Source: Raillietiella orientalis
Taxonomy: Eukaryota
Direction of reading: 5' to 3'
NCBI GenBank assembly: GCA_036172245.1
Contig: JAYWIR010000009.1
Span: forward strand, 3,162,001 to 3,226,000
DNA length: 64,000 nt
In this document: positions 1 to 12,353 of the stretch, piece by piece
Numbering within the stretch: position 1 is the stretch's first letter
Layout: every line of letters starts with the position of its first letter
Translations under genes and position numbers: made by a program
Notes under the pieces: model-generated
The model's input: the letters and a program-made list of their open reading frames with translations, nothing else
What the model was told of the DNA's origin: nothing
Database searches by the model: none

Positions 1-753
1 CGAGGGGAGAGGAGCGTACAAGGGCAGGACAGAGGGGGAAGTGGGGGCTACCTCCTCCTGCCGGCAGAGGGGGGCCTAAGTACTCGCCACGGCACTGCGG
101 GCAAAGGAAGGAAGAGGAGAAGGAGGAAGAAAAGGAGGAGGAAGAAGAAGAGGGGAAGGAAGAGGAGGGTAAGGAGAAAGAGAGAAAGAATAGGGAGGAA
201 CGAAGGAGGAAGGAGGAAGAGGGGAAAGAAGAGGGTAGGGAGGAAGAGAGGAAAAAAAGGGAGGGTTGAAGTAGGAAGAGAAAGGGACGAAGGAAGACCC
301 AGCCTCGTTCTTCTTAGGCGTCCCGCTGCCGCTGCGTTCGCTTGCCCACGAAAGAATCGTCTTTTTGCTTCTCCCGGCAGGAGAGACGGAGGGGAGGAGG
401 AGGACGTGGAACCGCTGCTTCGGCCATTTCTCTCCCTCCACTTTCCTTGCTGGGCTGCCGCCTTCCCCCTTTGCCGAGGAGAGAGGGGGTCAGCGGGAGG
501 AGCTACCCGGCCCACACGGGAAGGCATAGATGAGGGTGCGCGGAAGGACGGTGCCTCTCCGCCCAACCCTCTGGGTTCACCCGGAGGAAGTGGATCGTGA
601 GCCCTCTTCTGCCGCCCGTTCCCTCATTCACCGCTCGAAGCTCGCGCGCGCGTCGCAGGAGGAATGTGGGAGGGGGGGGGAGGGGGGTGGAAGAAGAGCC
701 CGTGGGACAAGATGGGGGAGAGGTCGGCGCAGCCTCGCTAGGAGACAGCCTAC

Positions 754-918
754 CTGGTGCCCATCGGGGAGGTGAGGAAGATCTCCAGGTCGCCTCGCCT
801 CGTCGCGTTGAGAGTCAAGACGGCCTGGACGTGCTCCAGGAAGTTGACTTCTGTCTCCGTCCCCTTGCAGGATTCGCTGTGGATGGAGAAGAAGGCCGGC
901 TCCTCGCTGGTGATCTCC
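754..918 (-). CDS. amon: PC2 coding exon 12 (P domain)
   Basis: [32 protein letters not shown]; donor AG|GTAGG; next exon not found in 1-753. Confidence 0.93.
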
Positions 919-3900
919 CTGAAAAGTTCCGGGAGGGAGGTCAGAAGGAGGGGAGGTTGGCAGTCGGGATGGGCGTGGCTGTGGGAGGTTGGCGGACTCC
1001 TGCTCGGCGGCGGAGAGCGCCACATTCGCCATCCTCCATCCCGACTCTTTCTGACCCGTTTCCCGGGGGATCCCGGCAGAGGGGATTTCCGGGGCAGTGC
1101 ACCGCCCCTCCTCCTTAAGGATGAAGACGAGGGCAAAGCCTGCGGGGCCGCAAGCGACCACGGCAAACTCGCGTCACCATCCCTCTCTTCCTACCGAACT
1201 GTCCATTCGCGACGGGAGGACACGCTGACCAACGAAGAGGTTGCTGACTGAGTCCGCTGTGACCCTCTTTGATCTTCCGGTAATTAGCAACTGGCTGCTC
1301 TCCTCTGCTCGCTTCCGAGAGCGCTCCCGTGTGCTGACCTCGAGAACCCGGGGGGGAAATAGAGGAGGAGGAGGGGACGAAGGGGAGGAAGAACGGGAAG
1401 AGAAAGGGGGGCAGGGAATAGGAGGTGGAGGAAGAAAAGAAAAGGAGGAGGAAGAGGAGGATGGAGAGAAGGAAGAAAAAGGAAGGAGAAGAAGAAGAAA
1501 AGGAGGAGGAGGAGACGTGCAAACTAAAAGATAGGCATCACAATGGGCATCGAGAAGAGTAGCGTGTCGAAACACTGATCCCATCCCAGCTTGGGGAATG
1601 GACAGGGAGGGTCACTCGCTATACGGCAGGAGTGCAGCTGCTCTTGAGAACTGTTGAAGACCTACGGTAGCTGACAGAGTACTCTCCTCGAGCGTCGCAC
1701 GCATCCGCTGCCCTCTCTCAAGTGGGTCGAAGGTCATGCATGCCTGCCTATCCCTCCCTGCGTATCTTCGATGCTCCCTCTTTGAGACCCCGGGGCCCTG
1801 CCTCCTGCTCTTCGGACGAGGATGTGCGCGGCTCCGTAGAGGGGTGGAAGCGTGGGGATCCGGCTGGTGCGACGCACCCTAAGGACCAGGAGCGGTGCGA
1901 CGCCCTCCCCTCTCCCTCTCTCGCCAGTCTTCCATGGCGTCTTTGCCGCTGGCGTGGACTCACCCTCCGGCCAGGTGCCTCCCTCCTTCGCAGTGGTACC
2001 GCGGCGGCACGGTCACCCAGTTCTTCGCCAAGGAGACCATCCCGCCGGCGTCCAAAACGCCGAACCCGAAGAGGTGGTTGAACTCCAGCCCCACGCCGTT
2101 CATCTTCCAGTGGAACCTGCCCTTCCCGTCGTACAGGGAGTTCCTCTTGGACGTCAGGACGGTGAGATGCTGCACGTCCCTCCAGGTGAGCCTGGGGCTG
2201 CCTCAGGTGTTGCGAGTGCGCGGTCCAAGAGGGGGCACGAGGGAGGGCATGTGGGGAGGGGGTCAAGAGAAGGACCTACTTGGCCTCCAGAGCCAGCGCG
2301 AACACTCCGGCCGCTTCAGGGGCTGCCGCGGACGTCCCCGAGTGGGTGCGAGTGCACTTCCCGTAGAGGTCGGTCGTCGCCTGGAAGAAAAGGGGGTGGG
2401 GGCGAGGATGGCGTGTCGGCGGACATCCCGGCGGGCTGCTCACCACTCCCGTGCTGGGGTCCTTGGCGCCGTTGCTGAAGGTCGACGCGAGCGTGGAGGA
2501 GCAGGACTCGTCGTAGTGCGCGTTCTCCCCGTCGTTGATGGCCGAGTTGATGGACACCGTCCACATAGATGCCGCGTAGCCGTCGCAGTTGCAGTCGTCA
2601 TCGTGGCCACCGTCCCCGCTGGCCCACACGTAGATGTTGCCCAGTCCGTTCCTTCCCTGCGGGAAGCACCGCGTGCACGCTAGAGAAGGGAGGACGGGGG
2701 AGGAGGACGAGCTCGCGCACGGCGGTTGCGAGGCAAAGGGCGCTGCAGGCCTGCTTGCGCGCGATCCATCCGCGCACCGAGCTGGAGAGGGGTCAAAGGG
2801 GCTTGGAGTCTGCAGCCCTCTCCCCACGGGGATGAGGTTATGCCCAGGGGTCGCGGCAGCCCCGCCGAAGGAAGGGAGCGGGGGACGGACGCCAGAGGCT
2901 GGCATGTCGCCTCCGCCGCTTTCCCAGCCCCGGAGGGGCAGCGCGCGAGAGGAGGACGGGCAGGTCGCGCGCTGTCTCTCACCTCGTTGACCCCGCGTAC
3001 GATGGCGCGCATGGTGGCGTTCCGCGGCCCATCGACGGTCTTCCCGTCGTCCGTCGGTCCCCATGACGCGCTGTAGATGTCGATGAGATTCGGCTCATGT
3101 CCCATGGAGTTGGCTTCAATCAGGTCCGTCATGTACGGCTGGTCCAGCATCCTGATCCCTGGAAAGGGTCCACGTATTCGTGTGGCTGGAGGAAGAAGTG
3201 CCCCCTTCCAACCAGCCTGCCCAGTCGGAAGAGGCCCCGGGGCCTACCACGAAGATCCATGCTGGTTAGACCAGGACCTTCGACCTGGGAAACCCCTTTG
3301 GTGGGCGATCGGTAACCTGGAGAAGCTGCTTCCCCCTTCTTCTGCCACTTCCCAGGTCCCCGAAAGCGACACCCACCTCTGCCTAGCAACGGAAGCGCGG
3401 AGGAATTGAGTTGCTGCAGCTGACAGCCGGAACGGCCGCTTTCGAAGGATTGGGTCCTCGCTCCTCTCCCTATTCCTCCTCCCCCCTTCATCCTCTCCAG
3501 TCCGACTTGAAGGTGCGTGCAGGCGCCCGCGGCCACGCGAGATTGGAACGCCCGACCGACCTCTCAGGGGCAAGCGTGGTCGCTGCAGTCACGCGTGGGG
3601 ACCTTCTCAGAGGCCTCTCCTTCTGTCTTTGGTGACCTCCAGAAGCTTAAGCGGGCCGATCACGTTGACGGACCGTCCCCCAGCCACAGTCGTGCTCCGG
3701 AATGATGAGTAAGGGAAGATGGGGGAGTGAAGGAGGAGGAGGGAGGAAGAGGAAGGGAGGGAGAAGAGCAAAGAGAAGGAAGGACTAGAAGCGAGAGAGG
3801 AAGGGGAGGAAGATGAACGATTGCCGCAGCAACAGCTGCCTCACTGAGTGGCTTTCTGACTTGACGCCTCTGCTTGCTGCTGCCCTCCGGGGAGGATGTG

Positions 3901-6900
3901 AGATTCCACTTGGAAGCGAGCGAAGGATAGACTCACGAAGGGCGGAGGGCTCACCCCTTCCTACGCGAAGGGCAGTTCCATCCCCAAGACCATCCCAGAG
4001 CGTCGCCTGACATCTTCCGAGCGGATTGGTCACCTGGTCTTGGCACGAAGAGGTTGGAGCCACCCAAGGTTGGCACCCTGCCTCCCTTCTCCATCCCCCT
4101 GAGTCTGGAGGCTTGCTGGGAGGGAGCTGCGCGGGACAGATGTGCCATCGCGCCTCGAGGGTCTCCTACCTCTTCGAAGAACCCGGAAGCATCCTCACCC
4201 CCTCCCCAACCTGACAGGGTAGAAGGAGCCCCCAAAGTCACTCTTGGAGGTCTGACCTCGACCTCCAACGTCTTTGGCGGGTCCTATCAGGAAGCCATAT
4301 GAGGGTGGGCGAATAAGGGTCGAGGACTTTCGGACTTATCGAAGGGCGGAGGATCAGGGAGACACCGAGGAGACCGTCCGGACCCTTTTTCTGGACGGTG
4401 CGCCCACGGCTCTGCAACCGGGTCTGTCTCCTTTGTGGCGGACGTTCAGGAAAGGGGCAGCGCTAGACTTCCTCCATGCTCCACGCCCCTTTCCGTGAGG
4501 CACGGCGGGGGGAAGTGGGGAGCGGCTGCTGCATGACCACGCTTACCCTTTCCGTGGCTCCTAACAAGGCGGGGACGGAGAGCTGCCACCTCCTCAGGCG
4601 GTCGGTCACTCTCAGCTCCGCGAGGGACGGCAAGAGGGGACTAACAATGGCAGAGGAGGTCGCCGCGGCTTCTCAAAGCTTCGGCAGCAGCGACAAGAAG
4701 GGACTCCCCCTTCCCCACCGGAGCGCCTGTGCGCTGTCCCCTCCATCTTCAGGGACCCGACGAAGACCCCCTAGTAGGAGTCAGCGCCGCAGTACTCACC
4801 GGCCACCTTTGACCCGTAGGCAACTCCGACTCCGCATATGCCGTTGTCCCTGGCGCCGGAGACCTCTCCAGCACATCTGGTCCCGTGGCTGAAGGCAGAA
4901 GAACGGAGGTCAGCAAAGTTCCCTTAACCGGAGGCGGAGGAGGGGGTGAATCTTTTCTGGGAGAGGAAGGTTCGGTTCTGGAGGGCTTCCGAGAGCCCCC
5001 TGGCGGATTTCGGCAGTTTCAGGCGCGATCACTCGCACTCCCTTCGAGCGACCCTTCCTCGACACTCAGGTCCACCTCGCGGCGTCTTTCCAAGGAGGCG
5101 TCTCTTGGGGCCAGTAGATCGCTGGCAGACGGGCGGCGGAAGGCCGGTGGTGCCCAGCGCTCCTGAGCGCGCGAGACTCCTCCCACCACTTGACCCTCGA
5201 AAGGGAGGCGCCTGTGCACATCGCTGCGCAGCCACTGCCGCTCCCGTCGAGGGCGGAGCAGCCGCTTTCCCAGAAGGCGGCGGATTTCGCGGCTCCTGCA
5301 GGCGTGCCCATGAAACCTCGCTGCTCCTTCCCCCGTTGCTTCCGGGTTCCGCTCGAGGACACGCTGCCCACCCCTCGCCCCTCCTCTGTGTGCGCGTGGA
5401 GAACGCGTCCCCCACCCGGGGCGCGGAGAGGCTCCATCACAGTCCGTCGCTCCCGCGGACGCCATCTCATGGGCCTTCAGCGATCCCCTCTTCGGCAAAC
5501 CCCCATCCTTGCCGTTCTACTGGCCCTCAGACTCATCACCACAGTCGCCGTGGCCCTTCCGGCCAGCAGTGGCTTTCGGGTGCTGCGACGGTCCTTCTCT
5601 TGGCTCTTACAGGTGTGCTCCTTCCCTCTGCGCTTGTAGCGGCAGTTTTCCCTCTGTTTTCACTGGGGGCCCTCTGCGTTGCTCGTGGAGCTTCGGCGGC
5701 CCTGTTGATGGCTCCCAATGATTTTGTGACTCTTCGCTCGCAACCGTTGCATCTGGTTAACCCCTTCCGCGGCATCACAGTGGGCACGAGGGGCGTCTCG
5801 CTGCGGAGGGGCGCTGGCGGACCCGCCGCCTCCGCGAGTCTGCGCGTCCGACCGGCGGGAGCGACTCCCACGCTGCGGGAAAGCGCGAGCGCGTCGCAAA
5901 GCCAGCAGCAATCCTTCCGGCACGTGTGGGGGCGTTCGGTCGGAGGAGTGGACGCGCCGCTCGAGATGGAAGAAGCCCAGCATCCGGAGCGGGAAACGAA
6001 AACACGTCAGCCGTGCCTCCCCGGAAGGAGGCGCCTCGCGTCCAGGGAAAATCGATATTTGACACTTGCACAGGAGGAAGGGAGCGCTGTTGGCGAAGGC
6101 GGGAAGGGGGGAGGGAGCTCTCGCCTGGAGGAGGGAGCGGGGAAAGGTAGGAAAAAAAAAAAATCTCTCCAAGATGGGGAGAGAGGAGGAGGAGGAGGAG
6201 GAGGAAGCTGAGCACCCAAAGGACGTGATGTTACTGGACCAGGGTAGCGCATCCTTTCGGTAGGCGCCGGAGAGCCGTTTCCAGGAAGGGCGGAGGCCGC
6301 CAGATAGCGCAGAGGGCGGTCGGGGCCGCACTGCTGGCCGCACGCGGATAGCGGACGCGATTCTCCGGACCTGCACGCGCCCGCGGAAAGGGCGCTCAGC
6401 ATGGAGGAGGGGGGGGGAGCTTTCCTGCTCCCGAGACCCGCGGCAAGGCCCCGGCTCTCTCCGGAAAGCTTCCTGCTCTCTCTCCCACGGCCCCTCCAAC
6501 CCCAGCCGCGCCGCTCTTTGTGGACGGCATCGCTTACGGCGGCTTCCCGCGGCGCTTCTATCGGAAGAAGCCTTTCAGGATGGCGTTTCCGAGGCCTCGC
6601 CCCCCCGCCGGGCGCTCCCACGGGAGATGGCGATCCTCAGCTTCCTTTCCGGACCTCAGGGGGTCGGCGCGTGCGAGCGAGCGCGTTGCCTTCACACTTC
6701 CGGGGAGTCTTCCCTGGCAGCGCCTCCAGCGGCCGGTCGTCCTGTTCCGTCGGCGACCCGCTGGGAGGACCCCCCTGCGATTGATCGCCCCGCTCAGTCC
6801 CGTGGAGCCCGCTGTCGCCCCATTCCGCTTTCCAATCGATCAATCCCTCCCGCCATAATGCGATTTCGGTGCTGCACAGCTTCCTTTCCTCCTCCTCCTC

Positions 6901-9900
6901 CTCTTGGCGGATTCCTTAGCATCGTCTGCCTTGACTCGCGGAAGTCGGGCAGCCTCGTCCCGGATGCCTCGCAGGGAGGCTGAGAAGGGGGGTCTACCCT
7001 CCCTCCTTTCTCGCCGTGGAAGGCGTCTGCGTAGGGGAAGAGAGGGAGGGGAGGACTTCGATCGGTTGCCTGGGAATGCGATTTCCTCTCCTTCCACTCG
7101 TGTCCCGCGCATCCGCCGGATCGCTAGCTGAACAGGTCGAACGGAACAGAGGGAAGGGCAAAGATGATCCTCCTCTTCCCCCTTCCCCCTCACGCCTTCG
7201 GCAGTGTTCGACGAAGCTGCTCTCGGGGGCGGGAGACTCCCGCGAGGTGCTCCCAGATAGCCGCCCTCGGTCCACAGGGGTCTCTCTAGAGGGGCGCAGT
7301 CGCTATGGTTCAGTGGTTCGCCTCCTCCTATTGGCTCGCTCTCACCCCCAGGGCTCTCCCGCGGCCCACTAAGTTCGGGGGAAGGAGTGAGACTCCCTTC
7401 CCCTCCTCCCCCTGCTTCCAGCGCGACCGTCCGGGGGAGCAGGAGGAAGAGTAAAGTAGAGAAGGAAGGAGGAAAGAAGAAAAGGAAGGGAAGGACGAGT
7501 AGAAGGGGGAGGTTGCTGCAGCGCCTCACTCACCTGTTGAACCAGTCGTCCGTGTACCGCGGGTAGGGGAAGGGGTCGTTGCTGCTGAAGTCGTAGCTGG
7601 CCTGCGCGTTCTGCGGGCGTCCCCCAAGGGAGAAAAGGAAGACCCCGTTAGCTGCTGGATGATGCCTCTGAGGTCGCCCGCGTCGCTGCTCATGCGACCC
7701 CACGGCTCGCTGTCAGCATCCCGCCCTCCCACCCCCTTCCAGGCGCTTTGGCGGCGGCTAGTGGGCTTAGGAGGAAGAGGGGTCGGCATTGCTCGACGCA
7801 ACTGACCCGGAGGAAGGGCCTGCGCCTTTCACCCTCCCTCCACCCCGCGAAGTTGGGACGTCCGGGACGCCCCCCACCTTTCCTGCTCCTCCGTGCCTCA
7901 CCCCAAGTCCCCCGCGAGTCCGGGATCCGCCGACCGACGTTTTCCCTCTGGCCCTCCGCAAGGAAAGGGCTAGAGAGGGGAAGGGGGAGCAGCCATTAAG
8001 CGTCCTCGGCCTTTCCTTGCTTTCCCTTCCTCCTGCCCATGCAGACCCCGTGGGATATCCCTGAACCTCCCCGCGACCAGGCAGGGGCGCCTCCGAAGTG
8101 CCCCTCCCCTTCTCCCTCCATCCCGCGGACGTGCTCGCTTTTCCGAGCGCACCCTGAAAGGTCATCGCCGAAGCTCCTTGGAAGGCGGGGGAGGAGGGGA
8201 ACCGCGCGACTGCTCGGGGAGGCACGTGCCGGACGCGACGCCTTTCCGGACCCCCGCCTCCGCTGCTGCGCGCGCGTCTTTTGGCTCAGAGGCCGACGGC
8301 GACCACTCACGAAATTGTCCATCAAGTCCGGGTGCATGTAGTCCACCCCTGGAAAGGAAGAAGACACCTGTGAGAACAGCCTCTCTTCCGGAACAGTCAT
8401 CGGTCCACCTGCTCTCGGAAGGAAGGCACGGACATGCCCAAAGAAGAGAGCAGAAAAGGAGGAAGAGAAGGAGGAGGAGGAAGAGGAACGGAGAAAGAAG
8501 AAGAGAAAAGGAGGAGAAGGCGGAGGACTCTGCCCGGGAGAGGAAGAAGAGCAGCGAACAGGACCCTCCGCTCCCGAGGTAAGGATCCGGCTGCGGAGTC
8601 CGGGAGGAAAGGAGCAAGGACCGTTACACACGGGAAATTCGATTCAGGGGAATGCAGAATTTCGGCGTTCCGGAACCTGCGCAGATGGATCCACGGGAGG
8701 GAACAGCGAGGGTGTGCGGCGGGAGGCGCGGCTCTCTTTCTCGGGCAGGTGGGTTTCAGCCCTCCGAGAAGTGATCTGTTCCTTCTCCTCGAGGGGAAAG
8801 AGGTGGTAGAGTGTTGCGACCTTCGAACGGTATCCTCCGCCTGGAAGCGCCCACAAGTAGGGAGGAGGTCCCCCTCGGGATGGCGCAGAGCTCGCAGCAT
8901 CTTGCCTGTCGCGTTTCGTCGTGGACCCAAAAAGGGGGGAGAGGGGTCATGCTCTGTCCTCACTCTATCCGCCGCGCCTTCCATATGCCGCCAGAGCAGG
9001 GTGGGAGATCCTTGAGACGGAGCGATGACCGTACCCGGGAGCCAGGCGCCGGGCCTGGCTCCCGGGGTCCAGTCGTCGCTCCTCCGTTGGATGCGACCCT
9101 CCTGCCTCCGGGTAACCGCTCGATCTCCACGGGGTTTGGGGTCGTTTCCGTCGTTTCCCCCCCTCCCTGGGGAACCGCCTGACTTTCTCTCCGCCTCCGC
9201 GGCGGGCCGCGACCCGGGTGCCCGCAGCTCCCTCGAAGGAGAGTTGCATGCGGGGCGCGCCTCTCGACCCAGCGCGCCCTCTACTGCCCCCTTTCCCAGG
9301 AGACTCCTTCTCCCCCTGGTTCGGCTGCCCCCTCCTCTTCGGTGTCCGTAGCCGTGCCGCCCGGCGTATGAGGGAGCGATCAGGAGTGGGACGGTCGTGG
9401 GGGTGCCCAGAAGGTCCCTTCGATGGCCGCACCAGAGCGGGGTACACTGGCGCGCTAGGAGGGGTGAGGAGCAAGAAGAAGGCGGGGGTGAAGTGCTCTT
9501 GGGGTCCCCAGGGGTTGGTCGACAACCCTTATGGAGGTGCGGACGACGGCAGTTGCCACTGCAACCCGCGCTGCCGCCTCCTCGGCGAAAATTTCTGTAC
9601 TGCAGCCCTCATTGCGAGGGAAGAGGACCCTGCCGGCATGGCCTCCAAAGCAGCGGCGGCAACGCGGGTTGCTGTGGCAACTGCCGTCGTCCGCACCTCC
9701 ATAAGGGCTGCCGACCGCCCCCAGGGGACCCCAAGAGCGCTTCATCCTCGCCTGTTTCTTGCTCCTCACCTCCTCACAACCCTCGACCTTCTGGACGACT
9801 GCGGTTGCCACACCCACCCCGAAGACTGTGCACGCAAGGAGGGAGCGGGAGAAGGGCGGACTCTACACGGCGATTTCTGGGAAGGAATGGCGGTAGGGAG

Positions 9901-12353
9901 GATGAAGAAGGGTGGAGCCTCCGGGGAGACGGAAACGAGAGTGGGGTCAGCAGGGGACGGAGAAGCCCGAGTCTGCCTGACTCTCCCCTGCTTTCCGAAA
10001 GCTAACTGAGCACCCCGAGGTCGCTTAGACGCATGGCCACCCCCACTTTCCGGGTCGTTCTGCCCCACCGAAAAGCAGGAAAGGCGGCGCAGAAACGCAC
10101 GCGCCGTCTCCCCCAGCACCCCACCCGACCGTTCCCGTCCCGAAGGAGCCCTCGACCGGGTGGCTCCAGCGGCGTTTTAGCAGAGACCCCTCCCGTCCAG
10201 GAGGTGCTCTCCGAGGTGAAGCGGGAAGAGAACGGGAGAGCGAAACACGGCGCGGAACGATTCTTCGGCGGAAGGCAAGCGGGAGAGGGAATGGGGTCGT
10301 AGAAAGGGAGGAAGTCGGGCTCACCGTCGTCCATGATGGCAGTGGTGACGTTCTTCCCGGTATATCCCTGTTCCCAGGCGGCCTCCACATTCAGGTCCAG
10401 CTTGGCCTTCCCTCCGAACTGCCCCGTGTTCTTCTGCAAGTGAAAAAAAATCCCCAAGGTCATGGACCCTTTCACGCTGAGCATCCCCCCTCTCAAACTC
10501 TCCACATGTGCCCTGGATCGACTCCCTCATCTTCCCCGCCCGCCGACCGCAATCGAGGGCAGCGCATCGGCCTACCGATCTTCTCGTCTGAGAGAATAGG
10601 GAGGAGGAAAGGAGGATGAGGAGGGTGAGAAAAGGATTAGGAGAAAGATGAAAGGAGGAGGAGGAGGAGGAAGAAGGGAGGATGATGGGGCGGAGAAGCC
10701 AGGCTGTTCAGGCGCGTGGGTGCGTCTGTGGCGGCAGCATCTGAAGAACAAGATGGGGGTGCGTTGGCAGCGCACTGCTCCGTGGCGCCCCTACGACTAC
10801 TTGGTGGGTCGTTGCCACAGGGACAAGAGCCGCAGCACGCGCGTTCTGGCTGCGCTGCGTAAAACGCCGCTGGCGTCACCCGGTCTAGGGCTCCTTCGGG
10901 CCCACAGGAGGGAGCAGTGGCTGCCATTCGCCTCTCGGGCAGCTGGGAAGGAGGCGAAAGGTCTCCGTTGTCCTCTCACAGAGATGCCCGGAGGGATCTC
11001 CTCCTTCGCGGAGGGCCATAGCGGCTTCGAAGATGAAGCGATGCCCTCTGGCGGCCGCCGTCCGTTCCTCCAGGGAAGCGTGGCAGCGGGAGGAGAAAGG
11101 TCATGGACGGCATGGGAACCACGGCTCCACCTAGAGGTTCAGACAGGGACGGGGTCGAAGGTACAGGGAAAGCTTCCCGAGATCCGAAGGATCGAGGGAC
11201 GGGGAAGGCCCCTCGGTTGCCATGGATGAGACTCTTTCCCGAGCAGCAGTGATCCTCGGGGAGCGAGGCCAAGGTCATCACATACGCCCAACTGGCAGGG
11301 GTGCGTTCAGGGTGCAGCCGACACCCTGGAGCCCGGCGTTAATGTCTGGACAGGAAGAAGGAGGCGAGGAAGGGTCACGCACTGACCCCTCCTCGCCTCC
11401 TGCCCCGCAGGCGTCCGCGTGCAGGCGATCGGACGCGGAAGTCTCCCGATCTTCCTGGACAGCGTCCTTCCGCCCCCGTCTGCAGTGCATCCCGGGACGA
11501 TCTCTCTGGCAGCCTCCCTCCTCCGCGGCGACTTATCGCTGAGGATGGCCTCTTCCTGTGGGCCTGCTTCCCTTCCGGTCCGCTGCCCTCTGTCCTCTTG
11601 CTGCTGCGTCCAGCGTGAGAGAGCGAGAGGGCAGTGCGGCGGTCTCAGGGCTCTCTCCCTCCCGCAAAATCCGCGAGGGCTGCCTCTGGACCTCACCGCG
11701 GCGACCCCTTCCATCCATTCCCGCCCGCCCCGAGCACTCACCAGGTACCACTGGTAGCGGAAGAGTGGGTCGACCGGATCCCTCTCCGGGCCGGCAGGCC
11801 GGCCGCCGACCGGACCCAGGAGCTTGTAGCCTCGCTTGACCCTCCGGAAACCCTCCTGCTGCACGGCCGCCCTGATCTGGAGCGGGAGGGAAAGGAGGCG
11901 AAGGGAGAGGCTTGGGCAGACCGGAGCTACTCACCGCTGGGTCCGCCTGCAGCTTCCGCATGTGGGGCACCGAGCGCCTGGTCCTCCCGTGACGCAGGCC
12001 GGGGTGCACGAAGTGGTACTCGTGGGGAGACCTCAGCACCTGGACGCCCCAGGGCAACGTCACCGAGGTGTGCGTTCGCGTTGCGCGCGGGAAGGAGGTG
12101 GGGGGACTCCGGATCACTGACCCCCTCCATCCCTTCACCTCTCCCGAGCGGCCGCGAACGTACGTACCTGGCCGACGCTCCGGAAGCCGTGCTTCCGCGC
12201 CACCTGACCCGCCTCCTCGGGGTCGACCGCCGAGCGGAAGGTCACCAGGAAGGAGTTGGTGAAGACCTTGGGCCCGCGCAGACCCTGCGAAGGCAGCGCG
12301 CACAGGACGGCGAGCCACGCCGCCAGGCGGGCTGAGGTGGCACTAGCGCGCAT
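754..12353 (-). CDS. amon: Neuroendocrine prohormone convertase 2 (PC2/amontillado), 12 coding exons in window, 3' end beyond left edge
   Basis: Exons 12168-12353, 11935-12039, 11742-11876, 10325-10433, 8311-8348, 7534-7610, 4800-4888, 2983-3158, 2444-2656, 2280-2380, 1964-2197, 754-918 are all GT-AG and phase-compatible (542 codons + 2 nt). Signal peptide, prodomain ending RRVKR, triad IMDDG / HGTRCAG / HSGTSAA, PC2-diagnostic Asp oxyanion motif WASGDGG, P-domain RRGDL. Confidence 0.97.
1964..2197 (-). CDS. amon: PC2 coding exon 11
   Basis: [21 protein letters not shown]...[22 protein letters not shown]...PPRYHC; 234 nt. Confidence 0.95.
2280..2380 (-). CDS. amon: PC2 coding exon 10 (catalytic Ser)
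   Basis: [33 protein letters not shown]; 101 nt. Confidence 0.97.
2444..2656 (-). CDS. amon: PC2 coding exon 9 (oxyanion Asp)
   Basis: [17 protein letters not shown]...[22 protein letters not shown]; 213 nt. Confidence 0.97.
2983..3158 (-). CDS. amon: PC2 coding exon 8
   Basis: [58 protein letters not shown]; 176 nt. Confidence 0.97.
4800..4888 (-). CDS. amon: PC2 coding exon 7 (catalytic His)
   Basis: [29 protein letters not shown]; 89 nt. Confidence 0.96.
7534..7610 (-). CDS. amon: PC2 coding exon 6
   Basis: [25 protein letters not shown]; 77 nt; not visible in the ORF track frame. Confidence 0.95.
8311..8348 (-). CDS. amon: PC2 coding exon 5 (38-nt small exon)
   Basis: [19 protein letters not shown] acceptor, GTGAGT donor. 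Confidence 0.94.
9458..9774. repeat. Long inverted repeat (fold-back/MITE-like) in PC2 intron 4
   Basis: Arm ~9458-9578 is the reverse complement of arm ~9655-9774, with a perfect core CCCTTATGGAGGTGCGGACGACGGCAGTTGCCAC and a ~75-nt loop. Confidence 0.93.
10325..10433 (-). CDS. amon: PC2 coding exon 4 (catalytic Asp)
   Basis: [36 protein letters not shown]; 109 nt. Confidence 0.96.
11742..11876 (-). CDS. amon: PC2 coding exon 3 (prodomain cleavage site)
   Basis: [17 protein letters not shown]...[10 protein letters not shown]; 135 nt. Confidence 0.95.
11935..12039 (-). CDS. amon: PC2 coding exon 2
   Basis: [39 protein letters not shown] borders; 105 nt. Confidence 0.93.
12168..12353 (-). 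CDS. amon: PC2 coding exon 1 (signal peptide, prodomain start)
   Basis: [20 protein letters not shown]...FTNSFLV...[11 protein letters not shown]; donor CAG|GTACGT; acceptor TTTCAG upstream, so the exon starts at 12381. Confidence 0.9.

Noticed and set aside
4330..4450. [10 protein letters not shown] resembling an L1/Tx1 zinc-knuckle remnant
   Set aside because: The Cys/His ligands are absent and there are no supporting motifs
4946..6211. 421-aa plus-strand ORF inside PC2 intron 6 (possible nested gene)
   Set aside because: Arg/Pro/Gly/Ala-rich, no domain recognised, GTG start; expected by chance in GC-rich DNA
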